Below, piece after piece: positions 9,232-19,467 of a DNA stretch of 64,000 nucleotides. The stretch lies in contig OZ244732.1 in assembly GCA_965219345.1 (NCBI GenBank), positions 1,536,001 through 1,600,000 of the forward strand. Reading direction: 5' to 3'. Positions within the stretch are counted from its first letter, which is position 1; each line of letters begins with the position of its first letter. This DNA is from Nitrosopumilus sp. GTDB taxonomy: Archaea > Thermoproteota > Nitrososphaeria > Nitrososphaerales > Nitrosopumilaceae. The notes below the pieces were generated by a model, which was not told the DNA's origin, made no database searches, and worked only from the letters and a program-made list of their open reading frames with translations. A program made the translations under genes and the position numbers.

Positions 9232-9822
9232 TCATTCAGAATGTGTTGAATCAGGATCATTATTTCCAGGCAAATATTTATCTCCAAGTTTATTTTTCAT
9301 TTTTTCATCAAATTCTTCCTGAAGTCTTGTAAGATAGATTTCAGCTTCTGTCTCATCATCTGGAATTCCTGTATCTATATCGTAATTGAAACCAGTTGCT
9401 AAATGATAAAATTCCTCAAAGAATTCTTTACAATCAATTACATCTGTTTTGTCATCTACTGATACTACAAGACAATCATTGTCCATTCTAAAGTTGAGAC
9501 AAACTTCCTCCTCAATCATAGTATCCACCAAAACTGCCATAAGATATGCTACATATTGATTTTCTAGCTTACCTTTCCTCTTATTTGCAATCCATAATTC
9601 GTTACCTTCTGCCAAATTATCAAAGGTCCTGACTGTCATATCTCGAATATCTGAATCAGGATATGCTAGTTTGGAATCCCATGATTTTGTACTATGATCC
9701 CCTGGCTCTACGTACAATGCATCAAACGTCAAATTTTCATTTAGTTGTTCAAATTCCCATATCTGTTTGTTAGTCCACATGGGCGAAAAATTTCCAATTA
9801 ATTTTCTTGATATTTGATTCAA
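9232..9822 (-). CDS. acidic hypothetical protein
   Basis: 196-aa ORF. Confidence 0.7.
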   Translation of the reverse strand: MNQISRKLIGNFSPMWTNKQIWEFEQLNENLTFDALYVEPGDHSTKSWDSKLAYPDSDIRDMTVRTFDNLAEGNELWIANKRKGKLENQYVAYLMAVLVDTMIEEEVCLNFRMDNDCLVVSVDDKTDVIDCKEFFEEFYHLATGFNYDIDTGIPDDETEAEIYLTRLQEEFDEKMKNKLGDKYLPGNNDPDSTHSE

Positions 9823-9862
9823 TGAATATTTCCAAATTGTCCAATGTTTAATCTTATCTTAA

Positions 9863-10069
9863 CTAATCATTAATTCCTGATTTGAGAAACTCTAATGTGC
9901 ATTCAGTAAGTTCTTTGCTAGAATGTTTTTTGACTTCATGTTTACAATTAGGACAAATACCTGGCTGTTCTTCTGTAAATTCTTCATTAACTTGTTTCAT
10001 ACAACATTCCATTAATTCCGGTGTTGAATGGGATTCCATTGCAAGCTTACAAGTTGGACACTCTGTCAT
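9863..10069 (-). CDS. tandem CxxC-H-C zinc-finger protein
   Basis: Two internal repeats CPxCK.....HS..EL.EC. Confidence 0.75.
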   Translation of the reverse strand: MTECPTCKLAMESHSTPELMECCMKQVNEEFTEEQPGICPNCKHEVKKHSSKELTECTLEFLKSGIND

Positions 10070-10201
10070 GTTCTCGATCTTTTTTATCTTAATTTTTTGC
10101 TCATAATATGTATTTCATTTTTCAAAGATCCTAGTAAGAATATATCTGAAAAATTTGATTATATGTTAAATTCTACCCATGTTAAATTGGTAAAGATTAT
10201 G

Positions 10202-10279
10202 CTATCCAAATAATATGGTAAATCCAACAGCTAAAGCTATAATTGAAATTCCCATCGAAACATAAAATCTCATATTCAT
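10202..10279 (-). CDS. putative 25-aa single-TM micro-protein
   Basis: MNMRFYVSMGISIIALAVGFTILFG. Confidence 0.45.
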   Translation of the reverse strand: MNMRFYVSMGISIIALAVGFTILFG

Positions 10280-10320
10280 TAAGATAGCTAAAATAGTCTA
10301 AAATTAATAGTTTAGAATTT

Positions 10321-10405
10321 GGGAAGCAAGCAAGTATGATATCCACCTTGCATCGACTCTTTGGGAGTTATGTTCAGATATCAAACTAGCAACCGACCTT
10401 GCTCC
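10321..10405 (+). ncRNA. candidate long-hairpin small RNA
   Basis: Nested stems GGAAGCAAG/CTTGCTCC, TGATATC/GATATCA, GCAT/ATGT, GACTCT/GGAGTT (G-U pairs favour + strand). Confidence 0.4.
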
Positions 10406-10763
10406 AATTTGTTTAATAATTCGTGTTTTCAAAAATTCTTAAAATAAAACATGTCTTGATTATTGATCAAAATGGGTTGAAAAAGCTATCCTGTTTTAAT
10501 TTTCAGAAAAATCGAGCCTATATTTCATTGAAAATAGTATCTTAGGTATGGAGTGTCTGTTTCAAATTATACACACAATTTCTTTTAATCTAGTCTGAGT
10601 TATCTATAGAGTCATACGTTTGACGGCGTTCATGTCTTTAACCGACCATGCCCCTCCTAGTATTCATTAGCAGTCAAACATCTTGATTCTAATATTTTTT
10701 TCAATTGCTTTTGATTGAATAATAGATTAAAATCTCAATAATTTTATTCTGAGATAGATATGG

Positions 10764-11306
10764 TTGAATATGAGTGAAAAAAATGTCCTAGTTTGGTCAA
10801 ATGACTCTTTTCTCCGATGGCCTGATTTCATTGCAGAGTCTAACACTGCAGCTTTTGAAGACTCTCATAGTATTATCAAATATAGTTATACATGGACAGT
10901 ACACTCTGATGAAATTGAAAGTCAAATTATATTTTTTATTGAGAACATTCAACTCTCTGTTGAATTTCATCCTGTCTTATCGTGGGTTAGGACTTTACAA
11001 GCCAGTGATGATTTACTAAAACATGAACAAGGCCATTTTGATCTGGCTGAACTGATAAAACGTGAAAACCTAGAAAAATTACAAAACAAATTTCATAAAA
11101 AACAATTTCCTACAAGAGGAAAAAATGAAGAACAAAGAAAGCAGTTTGCAAAAGAAGATTCTGGTAAAATGATTGCTATCGAAGTTGAAAAACTTGAAGA
11201 GGTTTTATCACAAAGACGTCAAGAATATGATCAGCAAACAAATTTTGGTCAAGATTTAGAAAAACAATCAGAATATAATTCAATATTTGATAAATTAAGA
11301 TTATAA
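10764..11306 (+). CDS. DUF922-like zinc-peptidase-motif protein
   Basis: L.W.DF, SWV, LLKHEQGHFDLAEL, Q.YD.QT.FG..Q. Confidence 0.8.
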   Translation: MNMSEKNVLVWSNDSFLRWPDFIAESNTAAFEDSHSIIKYSYTWTVHSDEIESQIIFFIENIQLSVEFHPVLSWVRTLQASDDLLKHEQGHFDLAELIKRENLEKLQNKFHKKQFPTRGKNEEQRKQFAKEDSGKMIAIEVEKLEEVLSQRRQEYDQQTNFGQDLEKQSEYNSIFDKLRL

Positions 11307-11324
11307 TTTACTATACACCAAGAA

Positions 11325-11585
11325 TTATTGCTCAATAATTTTATTTTCAGGAATTGAATTGATGTAATTTACTAAACTTCTATAATATTTTAAATGAAAG
11401 TCTAAATCTTTAATCTCTGTTTGTTTTAACTCTTCAAGTTCAGGACCGAAATCTCTTTTGTCTGTTTGAATATGATTTAATGTATCTTCATTTACTTCAA
11501 TCATGTGAAAAAGACTATGAAGCACTTCACTTTTACTGAGTGTTTTATTACATGATTTTTTTAATAAAGCCTCAACCCAATCCAT
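11325..11585 (-). CDS. hypothetical protein
   Basis: 86-aa ORF. Confidence 0.65.
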   Translation of the reverse strand: MDWVEALLKKSCNKTLSKSEVLHSLFHMIEVNEDTLNHIQTDKRDFGPELEELKQTEIKDLDFHLKYYRSLVNYINSIPENKIIEQ

Positions 11586-11672
11586 ATGAATTGAGACCAG
11601 AATTATTATATCCGTCCCTAACTTGATAAATTCTAACTTTTACTCTATTTTTTTTAGTTTAGGCTGAAATGA

Positions 11673-11804
11673 TTACTTTTTTTCCTGTTTGTTTTTTCGG
11701 TTCATGACTTCCTTGTTTCTTTCAATATCTGAGTGAACCTCAACATGTTCAAACAATTCTTCTTTTGATTCAAATAATTGTTCACAATAATAGCATTGAT
11801 GCAT
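11673..11804 (-). CDS. 43-aa C2H2 zinc-finger micro-protein
   Basis: MHQCYYCEQLFESKEELFEHVEVH: canonical C-x2-C-x3-F-x5-L-x2-H-x3-H. Confidence 0.75.
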   Translation of the reverse strand: MHQCYYCEQLFESKEELFEHVEVHSDIERNKEVMNRKNKQEKK

Positions 11805-11918
11805 TGCATATTTACGCTCATCTTAGATTAATGACTTTCACTATTTTCATGTCTAAACTACCTGATCATATTAAAAATTAGTGAATTTAACAAAAAATAC
11901 GATTTAGATGGAATTAAT

Positions 11919-12236
11919 TTAATGAGCTTCTAATTCAATTTCAGAGTTACATCCAGGCAATTTACCTGAATCATTTTTGACTTGTTCAATTAATCGTAGT
12001 TGATATTCCTTGGGATTGTCCATAAATTCTCTCTGATATGATTGAGTTTTTTGTTTACATTCGTTTCCTTCAAAATCAGTATCAACATACCTTGTAAATG
12101 TCCTTTCAAGATTATTTGTCTCTCCAATGTAAATTGGTTCTTTGCTTCTATCATACAACACATAAACTCCTGAAACTGGTTTCACAAATTTAGCACTCTC
12201 AAGCCAAACCCTCATTTTATCATCAAGTAATTCCAT
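11919..12236 (-). CDS. GIY-YIG-like domain protein
   Basis: SGVYVLYD...IYIGETNNL..., C-terminal PGCN. Confidence 0.75.
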   Translation of the reverse strand: MELLDDKMRVWLESAKFVKPVSGVYVLYDRSKEPIYIGETNNLERTFTRYVDTDFEGNECKQKTQSYQREFMDNPKEYQLRLIEQVKNDSGKLPGCNSEIELEAH

Positions 12237-12335
12237 GATCTAGGATTATTTCACTAGATATTAAACTAGATTATAAAAATTAAGATATTACAAGAACCTT
12301 TATACTTTTAATATTAAGAAAAAAGAAGATTAATC

Positions 12336-14015
12336 CTGTCACTTTTAGAAAAATTCCCTGACAAATTTAATCCCCGAGAAATTCAAAAAGAGATCCTCAC
12401 TGAAATTGAAGAGAAACTGAAATCTGGATACAAAAAAATCATCTTATGCGCTCCAACTGGTGTTGGGAAATCATTAGTAGGCGCTACTGTTTCTAGTTAT
12501 TTTGATAGTTCCTTTACGATAACTGCAACAAAACATCTCCAAGATCAATACATCAAAGATATCCCATTTCTAAAACCTGTAAAGGGAAAACAAAATTTCC
12601 CATGTCTCAAATTGATGTCTTCTGAGAAGGTTAATAATACTAGAAGGGCCATGAGGTGGGGACTGACATGCGATAAGGGACAATGCCAAGAACGAGTTAA
12701 CAAAAATGGCAAAGAAATCATCGAAGTATGTAAATTCAAACCTACGATTAAGCAAGTTGAAGCAAATACTCCGGATTCAGAGTCTTGTCACTATTATTTA
12801 CAAAAATATGAAGCTCTTGTATCGAAACATTCCTTGTGGAATTATTCTGCATTTTTTCAAATTATGAAATTCAACAAGAAACTCTTTGAAGATTATCTTG
12901 ATAGAAAGGTATCTATTTTTGATGAGGCTCATAAAATCGAAGACCAAATAATACAATTTGTTGGATTTGATATTTTTAGCGGACAAGTAGATGAATGTAA
13001 TCTTAATTCTGACAAATATGATTTCACAGATTTAGATTCCATGATTCAGTTAACTGATGATATTGCTTATTCATATGCAAAGAAAATTAAGGATATTAAG
13101 GAAAGCACTGCATTTCAAAACAATCCTGATTATGAATTAATTACAAGATTAGAAAGACGTTATGATAAAGCTGCTCAAGCTAAAATTGACATCATGTCTG
13201 ATAAAGACAATTTTGTGGTAAATGATCCTCTACGGGATTTGAATGGAAATTTTAGAACCATTTCTGTAAAGCCAATAGATGTTTCGAAATTTGCAGATAC
13301 TTTTTTTGAAACTGATTATCAAATTTTCATGTCTGCCACAATTGATAAACTAAGCTTCTGTGAAAATATGGGATTAGAACAGGAAGATGTTGCATTTGTA
13401 GATAGTCAAAAATCACCTTTTCCAATTGAACATAGAAAGATTGATCTTCTTAATATCCGACGACTTAGTTATGGCTCTACTGAGGAAGATGAACTTGAAG
13501 TGATTAAAACAATTGATAGAATTTTAGATGAGCATTCAAACGAAAGGGGATTAATACTAACATCTTCTATTCCAAGGTGTCAAAAAATTCTCCGATTTCT
13601 TTCACCAAAAAATACTAGAAGAATTAGAATCTGTCATAGTAAAAACAAGGATGGAAAAACACAGAATGAAGTCATTTCAGAACATGAAACTGACCCTACC
13701 GGGGTCTTGTTGTCTTCTTCACTTTGGGAGGGTGTTGACCTAAAAGATGATTTGTCGAGATTCCAAATTATCGCAAAGGTACCGTATCCTAACTATAAAG
13801 AAAAAAGAACTAAGGCAAAGATGGACAAATTTCCTATGTGGTATACCTCTCAAACACTAACTAAATTACTACAAGGATTTGGTCGTTCAATTAGAAGTGA
13901 AGATGATTGGGCAAATACTTATGTTCTTGATACTGCAGTAAATAATGTCTTTTTCAAGGCTCAACAAATGATTCCAAAGTCATACTATGATGTTTTAGGA
14001 ATAGAAAACCTGTAG
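12336..14015 (+). CDS. DinG/XPD (Rad3)-family ATP-dependent helicase; N-terminus extends to CTG at 12336
   Basis: In-frame upstream segment gives PREIQ (Q motif), APTGVGKS (Walker A), TKHLQDQY; later DEAH, SAT, WEGVD, QGFGRSIRSEDD. Confidence 0.9.
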   Translation: MSLLEKFPDKFNPREIQKEILTEIEEKLKSGYKKIILCAPTGVGKSLVGATVSSYFDSSFTITATKHLQDQYIKDIPFLKPVKGKQNFPCLKLMSSEKVNNTRRAMRWGLTCDKGQCQERVNKNGKEIIEVCKFKPTIKQVEANTPDSESCHYYLQKYEALVSKHSLWNYSAFFQIMKFNKKLFEDYLDRKVSIFDEAHKIEDQIIQFVGFDIFSGQVDECNLNSDKYDFTDLDSMIQLTDDIAYSYAKKIKDIKESTAFQNNPDYELITRLERRYDKAAQAKIDIMSDKDNFVVNDPLRDLNGNFRTISVKPIDVSKFADTFFETDYQIFMSATIDKLSFCENMGLEQEDVAFVDSQKSPFPIEHRKIDLLNIRRLSYGSTEEDELEVIKTIDRILDEHSNERGLILTSSIPRCQKILRFLSPKNTRRIRICHSKNKDGKTQNEVISEHETDPTGVLLSSSLWEGVDLKDDLSRFQIIAKVPYPNYKEKRTKAKMDKFPMWYTSQTLTKLLQGFGRSIRSEDDWANTYVLDTAVNNVFFKAQQMIPKSYYDVLGIENL

Positions 14016-14120
14016 TAGATAACAGAAATTTAATTATGATAATGTAATTTTTTCTGCCTGTTATCTCTAAGAATTATTACAAATTGCGATCTATAAAGAT
14101 TGTGGACAAATTGTTCATTG

Positions 14121-15794
14121 TTAGAGTTTTGGGCTGGTAATTGCACCATTAGCAGCAGAACCTACTAGTGTTGCATATTTTGCCAAAGCTCCTGTAGTAT
14201 AGTTTGGTTTAGGTGGGGTCCATTCATCACTTCTAGTTTCTAGTTCTTCTTTTGATACGTGAAGATCAATTGCATTGGTTTCAGTATCGATTGTTATTTC
14301 ATCATTATCTTTTACTAGTGCAATTGGACCACCAACATATGCTTCAGGTGCAACATGACCTACCATGAATCCACGTGTACCTCCTGAGAATCTACCATCT
14401 GTTACCATTGCAACTTTTTTTCCTAATCCCTGACCTACAAGTGCCGCAGTTGTAGCTAACATCTCTCTCATTCCAGGACCTCCTTTTGGTCCTTCATATC
14501 TGATAACTATTACATCACCTTCATCAATTTCTCCTTTTGCCACTGCATCAAATGCTGATTCTTCTCTATCAAATACACGAGCTTTTCCTGTAAATTTTGT
14601 CATATCTACTCCTGCAGTTTTAATCACTGCTCCATCTGGAGCAAGACTTCCTTTGAGAATTACTGCAGTTCCAACTGAGTGAAGTGGATTTTCAATTGAT
14701 CTTACAATAGTTTGTTCTGGTTCTGAAATATTCATTGAAACAAGATTTTCTTTAATAGTTTTTCCAGTAACTGTAATACAGTTTTCATTTAGAAGTCCTT
14801 TGTCAAGTAATTTCTTCATTACAAATGGAATTCCTCCTATCTTATCAAGGGAATTCATTACATAATTTCCACCTGGTTTCATATCTGCCAAGTGAGGTGT
14901 TCTTTTTCTTATTCTTTCAAAATCATCATAACTCAAATCAATATTAACTTCGTTTGCTAGTGCTAGTAAATGTAATATTCCATTTGTTGATCCCCCAACA
15001 GAATTTAACATTACAATTGCGTTTTCAAATGCCTCAAACGACAAAATTTCTTTTGGTCTTATATTCATCTCCAATAATTTGGCACATGCTACTCCTGTAT
15101 CGTAGACCATCTTGTCTCGCCTATCATCTTCAGCTGGTGGACTGGCACTTCCGGGTAAAGCAAGACCAATTGCTTCAGATATTGATGCCATTGTATTTGC
15201 AGTAAACATTCCTCCACAAGATCCAGCATTTGGACATGCTGTATTTTCAATATTTTTTAGTCCTTCAAGGGTTAGCTGACCTGCATCATATGCACCAACA
15301 GCTTCATACACATCAACTACTGTTAGCTCTTTACCGTCAAGTATTCCTGGCATGATGGTTCCACCGTACACAAACACTGATGGAATGTTTAGTCTGGCCA
15401 TAGCCATCATGGTTCCTGGTAAACTCTTATCGCATCCTGCAATTCCTACTAGTGCATCGTATTGATGTGCTCTTACCATTAGTTCAATTGAATCTGCAAT
15501 GACCTCTCGAGAAATTAATGACGACTTCATTCCTTCATGACCCATTGCGATTCCATCACTTACTGCAATTGTTGAAAATTCCCTTGGTGTTGCACCTGAA
15601 TCTGAAACACCTTCTTTAGCTTTTAGAGCTAATTTTGGAAGATGAATATTACATGGTGTTGCCTCATTTCCTGTGTGGCATATGCCAATGAATTGTTTTG
15701 ATAAATCTTCATCAGTTAACCCCATAGCTTTGTACATTGCTCTATGTGGTGCCCGAGCAGTTCCTTCTACAACATTTCTACTGGAAATTTCCAT
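14121..15794 (-). CDS. ilvD: dihydroxy-acid dehydratase
   Basis: [34 protein letters not shown]. Confidence 0.98.
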   Translation of the reverse strand: MEISSRNVVEGTARAPHRAMYKAMGLTDEDLSKQFIGICHTGNEATPCNIHLPKLALKAKEGVSDSGATPREFSTIAVSDGIAMGHEGMKSSLISREVIADSIELMVRAHQYDALVGIAGCDKSLPGTMMAMARLNIPSVFVYGGTIMPGILDGKELTVVDVYEAVGAYDAGQLTLEGLKNIENTACPNAGSCGGMFTANTMASISEAIGLALPGSASPPAEDDRRDKMVYDTGVACAKLLEMNIRPKEILSFEAFENAIVMLNSVGGSTNGILHLLALANEVNIDLSYDDFERIRKRTPHLADMKPGGNYVMNSLDKIGGIPFVMKKLLDKGLLNENCITVTGKTIKENLVSMNISEPEQTIVRSIENPLHSVGTAVILKGSLAPDGAVIKTAGVDMTKFTGKARVFDREESAFDAVAKGEIDEGDVIVIRYEGPKGGPGMREMLATTAALVGQGLGKKVAMVTDGRFSGGTRGFMVGHVAPEAYVGGPIALVKDNDEITIDTETNAIDLHVSKEELETRSDEWTPPKPNYTTGALAKYATLVGSAANGAITSPKL

Positions 15795-15844
15795 AACATG
15801 TAATTTTCCGATTGGTATAATTTAGACTTTTATTCTTCATGGAA

Positions 15845-15910
15845 AGGGGTCAGGGAAAGACAAACACTTCCCCCGATAAAACATCAACCGATGTTAGTTT
15901 GTCGATCTAC
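15845..15910 (+). ncRNA. candidate pseudoknotted small RNA divergent from ilvD
   Basis: GGGTC/GATCT, GGGAA/TTCCC, GACAAAC/GTTTGTC and AACATC/GATGTT pairings in a GC-rich intergenic patch. Confidence 0.4.
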
Positions 15911-16058
15911 ATACTTGATTAATTTTTCAAGATGACAGATTATTTTCTGAAACATCATTCATGCCATTGATTATGTATTATAAATCTAGATAAAATTAGT
16001 TGGAACTAAATTTTTTATTGAAAATTATTTGACTAGATTAAAGACTTTGTTGATATTA

Positions 16059-16655
16059 TTACTTGATTAATTCTTGATTATCTAATTTTAGTAGTACTGC
16101 ATCTATTTCTTCAGAAGTTTGACCACCGTATAAAACCAGAACTCTATCGCCTTCCATGATTTCATAATCTCTAATATCTGAGACCCTATCTCTGTTAATG
16201 AAGAATTTTAAATCATAGTCCTCGTTTGTACAGAAACTTCTACCATCTTGAAATACAAAGCATTGATCATCAAGACCCAAAGATAATGAATCAAATAGAT
16301 ATCCTAGAGTAACCCCTGTGGCATGTTTGTGAATTGTAGAGCCATCCCTTCCTTCAAAGTGAGTCCAAGGTGATTTAATCTGATAAGCTGGAGCTGCGAA
16401 ATCAAATTCATCACCAAAAACATTCACTATAATTGCTGCATGTGAATGATCACTTCCCATTGCACCCGCATTTTCTGGTCCTCCTGGTGCAGTTTCAGTC
16501 ATGGTCATAAACAAGTATGCTGAATATCCTACAATTACTGCAATTACAGCAAAAACAGCAATCGCAATTAGAGTGTGTTTTCTTTTTTCTGCTGTATGCT
16601 TTGTAGCATAGTTTTCACGTTTTTGTTCACGTTCTCTTCTTTCTTTTCTACCCAT
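16059..16655 (-). CDS. conserved membrane-anchored thaumarchaeal protein
   Basis: Basic N-terminus, TM helix, HSHA, HFEGRDGSTIHKHATGVTLG. Confidence 0.8.
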   Translation of the reverse strand: MGRKERREREQKRENYATKHTAEKRKHTLIAIAVFAVIAVIVGYSAYLFMTMTETAPGGPENAGAMGSDHSHAAIIVNVFGDEFDFAAPAYQIKSPWTHFEGRDGSTIHKHATGVTLGYLFDSLSLGLDDQCFVFQDGRSFCTNEDYDLKFFINRDRVSDIRDYEIMEGDRVLVLYGGQTSEEIDAVLLKLDNQELIK

Positions 16656-16722
16656 AAGATGTTCAGACTCTAAAATTTACCCTAATTAACCATTCGATAA
16701 AAACAATAAATAAAATCAAAAA

Positions 16723-17142
16723 TTGCTGTTCATTATGAATTGTCTTTTTTGTGACATCTTAGATGGAAAAAAAGATGGACATTTTTTGTATGAAGATGAT
16801 TCTCATGTGGCATTTTTAGACAAGTATCCAATTGATGTAGGTCATAGTTTGGTACTTCCTAGAAAACATCATGAAAAAATAACAGATATGACTACCGAAG
16901 AGGTTGGAAATATTTTTGCACTTGTTCCAAAAATTGCAAGGGCTATTTTGGAAGCAACAAATGCAGATGCATTTAGTATTGGTCAGAATAATGGCAGAGC
17001 AGCTAAACAGATTGTCCCGCATGTTCATGTACATATTATTCCTAGATATAATGAGAAAGGCACCGTATGGACTAAGCGTCAAATATCAAATGACACTGAA
17101 CTTTCAGAGCTTGCAAAAAAGATTCGCAGTATTCTTACTTAG
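16723..17142 (+). CDS. HIT family hydrolase
   Basis: CLFC, GHSLVLPRKH, HVHVHIIPR. Confidence 0.95.
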   Translation: MLFIMNCLFCDILDGKKDGHFLYEDDSHVAFLDKYPIDVGHSLVLPRKHHEKITDMTTEEVGNIFALVPKIARAILEATNADAFSIGQNNGRAAKQIVPHVHVHIIPRYNEKGTVWTKRQISNDTELSELAKKIRSILT

Positions 17143-18415
17143 TATGACCTGGATTATATCTCAAAATTGCACCAGCTTTTCCAAGACTTGCAAGCATATT
17201 TCCATGCTCTGCACTTCCAGAAATAACTTCTAACTGAGTTCCTGTTTTTGCTGCAAGCAATTCCAAATAATCTACAATATCCTGCTCATTAACATCTACT
17301 TCCATGGCTTTACAACCTGGACATGGATTACTTGTAAATTCTGTCTTTTTTGGGATAACTTGGGGTCTCTCAACAATATCTTCTTGAACGTGTTTGCATC
17401 TTTTACACTTTCCTTCAACTCTGTGCAAGTTTGTATCATCAGTAATGATTAGAGTTTTGGCAACATTGTTCTTTAGATATTCAATAATTTCTTGTAAACC
17501 ATATGAGCCCTTCCCAGAATGAGAATTAATCTCTCTGAACAAATCTTCTACAAGTTTCTTCTCTTCTACCATTCTAAAATTTCCCAAAATCTCTCCAGAC
17601 TTTGCAAAAGCCTCTCTGATTCCTTCAGATCCTGCATACGACGCATCAATTGTATTAATTATCATACCCTGCAATCTATACTCCAAATAATTTCCATTTA
17701 TGAAATCTTCTTTGGTAGGACCTGGACCCGAAATTATTAATCCTTTAATTGGGTAAATATCAATAAAGTATTCTCTTGTGGTTTCAGCTACTCTGTTATA
17801 GAAATATGATAATTCCATCTCTCTGAGTTTTTGAAATCTTTTTGCAGATTGTCCACCTTGCCTATGTTTTCCAGCTACCCCTGACCCAGTTTGAGATAAC
17901 ACTTCAATTTTTTCACCATACAATAATCCCCAACCAGCATCTTTTGCATCAATCGCTAAAAACCCAATTAGATTATCATCTTTTAACATGTCTTTTAAAA
18001 TGTCAACATGAAAATGATCATCACATCTGTACAAATATTGTTTCAAATCTTTTGGCGGTTCAATCTCCCAAACTTTTACAACTTCACTTCCTAAAGGCCC
18101 TCCTTCATCTGGTGGCAATGCTCCACAAAACATCACCAATCCCTTTTCTGGAGTTTTTTTGTATAGTTTCAGTCTCTGAACTACTTTTCCTAGAGAGTCA
18201 ACTACATGTGTTCTAGTCAGATCTGATTTGATGTTATCTGCTGTTCCTTGCTCTTGTTGAAGTGAACTGATAATTTCATGAAGTTGTTTTCCTTTTGGAA
18301 TGTATACTGTAATAAGCTCAGTCCCTCTCCCTGATTTTTGTGATAGTTCCTCTAACATCTTTCTTATTTTATAGATTTTAACAGAATCTTGTTTTTCTAC
18401 GTTAATTTTCTTCAT
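17135..18415 (-). CDS. prf1: peptide chain release factor aRF1
   Basis: NIKS, YRCD, GGQSAKRF motifs. Confidence 0.97.
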   Translation of the reverse strand: MKKINVEKQDSVKIYKIRKMLEELSQKSGRGTELITVYIPKGKQLHEIISSLQQEQGTADNIKSDLTRTHVVDSLGKVVQRLKLYKKTPEKGLVMFCGALPPDEGGPLGSEVVKVWEIEPPKDLKQYLYRCDDHFHVDILKDMLKDDNLIGFLAIDAKDAGWGLLYGEKIEVLSQTGSGVAGKHRQGGQSAKRFQKLREMELSYFYNRVAETTREYFIDIYPIKGLIISGPGPTKEDFINGNYLEYRLQGMIINTIDASYAGSEGIREAFAKSGEILGNFRMVEEKKLVEDLFREINSHSGKGSYGLQEIIEYLKNNVAKTLIITDDTNLHRVEGKCKRCKHVQEDIVERPQVIPKKTEFTSNPCPGCKAMEVDVNEQDIVDYLELLAAKTGTQLEVISGSAEHGNMLASLGKAGAILRYNPGHTK

Positions 18416-18473
18416 TTGTGATTTCTCATTTGCATGCGAATATTAATTTTGATTGATTCTAGGTTTCATAAAA

Positions 18474-19118
18474 TCACAATTCATCAAATGTTTTCAAAAA
18501 TACTTCTAGTGGCTGATTTCCTCTAATTTTGATAATTTTTTGATCATTAAAGACCAAAAAAGATGGTGTTGCATCAATCCCAATCTCTTTCCCAAATTCA
18601 TAAAGTGCAATGACCCGACTTTTGTATTTATTCTCATCAAGACATGTGTTGAATTTCACTAAATCCAAATCAACTGTAACTGCAAATCTATCTAGTGACT
18701 CTCTTGTTATCCATCCAGTTCTCTCGCCTCCCCAATTTTTGTAAAGTTCATCATGATATTGCCAGTATTTTTCTTGATCTTCTGCACAATATGATGCCTC
18801 TGCAGCTAGTAAAGAATCAGGACCATTTAGGGGAAAGTCTTTGAAGACTAGTTTTACTTTACCCATCTCAATAAAATCTTCATTGATAATATCTAGCGTA
18901 TTTTCATGAAATCTGTAACAAAAAGTACATTGATAATCTCCCCATTCTAAAATAGTAATTGGTGCATGTGGATCACCTAATACAGGAGAACCATTATCAA
19001 TTAATTTTGTAGTAGTAAATAATTTTGAATCGTTTTGTAATTCAGGATAAAATGTCAAAAACATTCCTGTGATAATTCCTATTGCGATCGGTATTGATAA
19101 GAGGTATAGTTTTGTCAT
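18474..19118 (-). CDS. DsbA-family thioredoxin-fold oxidoreductase
   Basis: GDYQCTFC, FKDFPL, GIDATPSF. Confidence 0.92.
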   Translation of the reverse strand: MTKLYLLSIPIAIGIITGMFLTFYPELQNDSKLFTTTKLIDNGSPVLGDPHAPITILEWGDYQCTFCYRFHENTLDIINEDFIEMGKVKLVFKDFPLNGPDSLLAAEASYCAEDQEKYWQYHDELYKNWGGERTGWITRESLDRFAVTVDLDLVKFNTCLDENKYKSRVIALYEFGKEIGIDATPSFLVFNDQKIIKIRGNQPLEVFLKTFDEL

Positions 19119-19239
19119 AACTTGACGAAATACGTTTCTAGTATAAAGTATCCATTTTTATCAAACAGATCGATCAATAATCTTTGAATATGTTAGAAAT
19201 ATCCAAGAGCTTAAATATATTCAAATGTTGTTAAATTTC

Positions 19240-19455
19240 ATGTCTGAATCAAGACAAGTTAATGTCTCTAAGACTGGTGTTTCAAAACTAGCAATAGTTG
19301 CATTAGCTATAGTCTTTGTAGCAGGATTGTTTCTTGTTGGGTTTGATCAAGGCCATATCTTTAGTCTGGTTATTGGTGAACAAGCATTTGAAGATCTTTA
19401 CATTCATGAACTCACCCATGATATGAGACATGCAGCCGGTTTTCCTTGTCATTAG
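19240..19455 (+). CDS. cbtB: cobalt transporter subunit CbtB
   Basis: TM helix then HELTHDMRHAAGFPCH. Confidence 0.9.
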   Translation: MSESRQVNVSKTGVSKLAIVALAIVFVAGLFLVGFDQGHIFSLVIGEQAFEDLYIHELTHDMRHAAGFPCH

Positions 19456-19467
19456 GAACTTTATGTT

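Noticed and set aside
15884-15958. 24-aa leader peptide (MMFQKIICHLEKLIKYV...) as an ilvD attenuator
   Set aside because: Only modest Ile/Leu/Val content, and ilvD has its own TATA about 25 nt upstream, consistent with a leaderless transcript.
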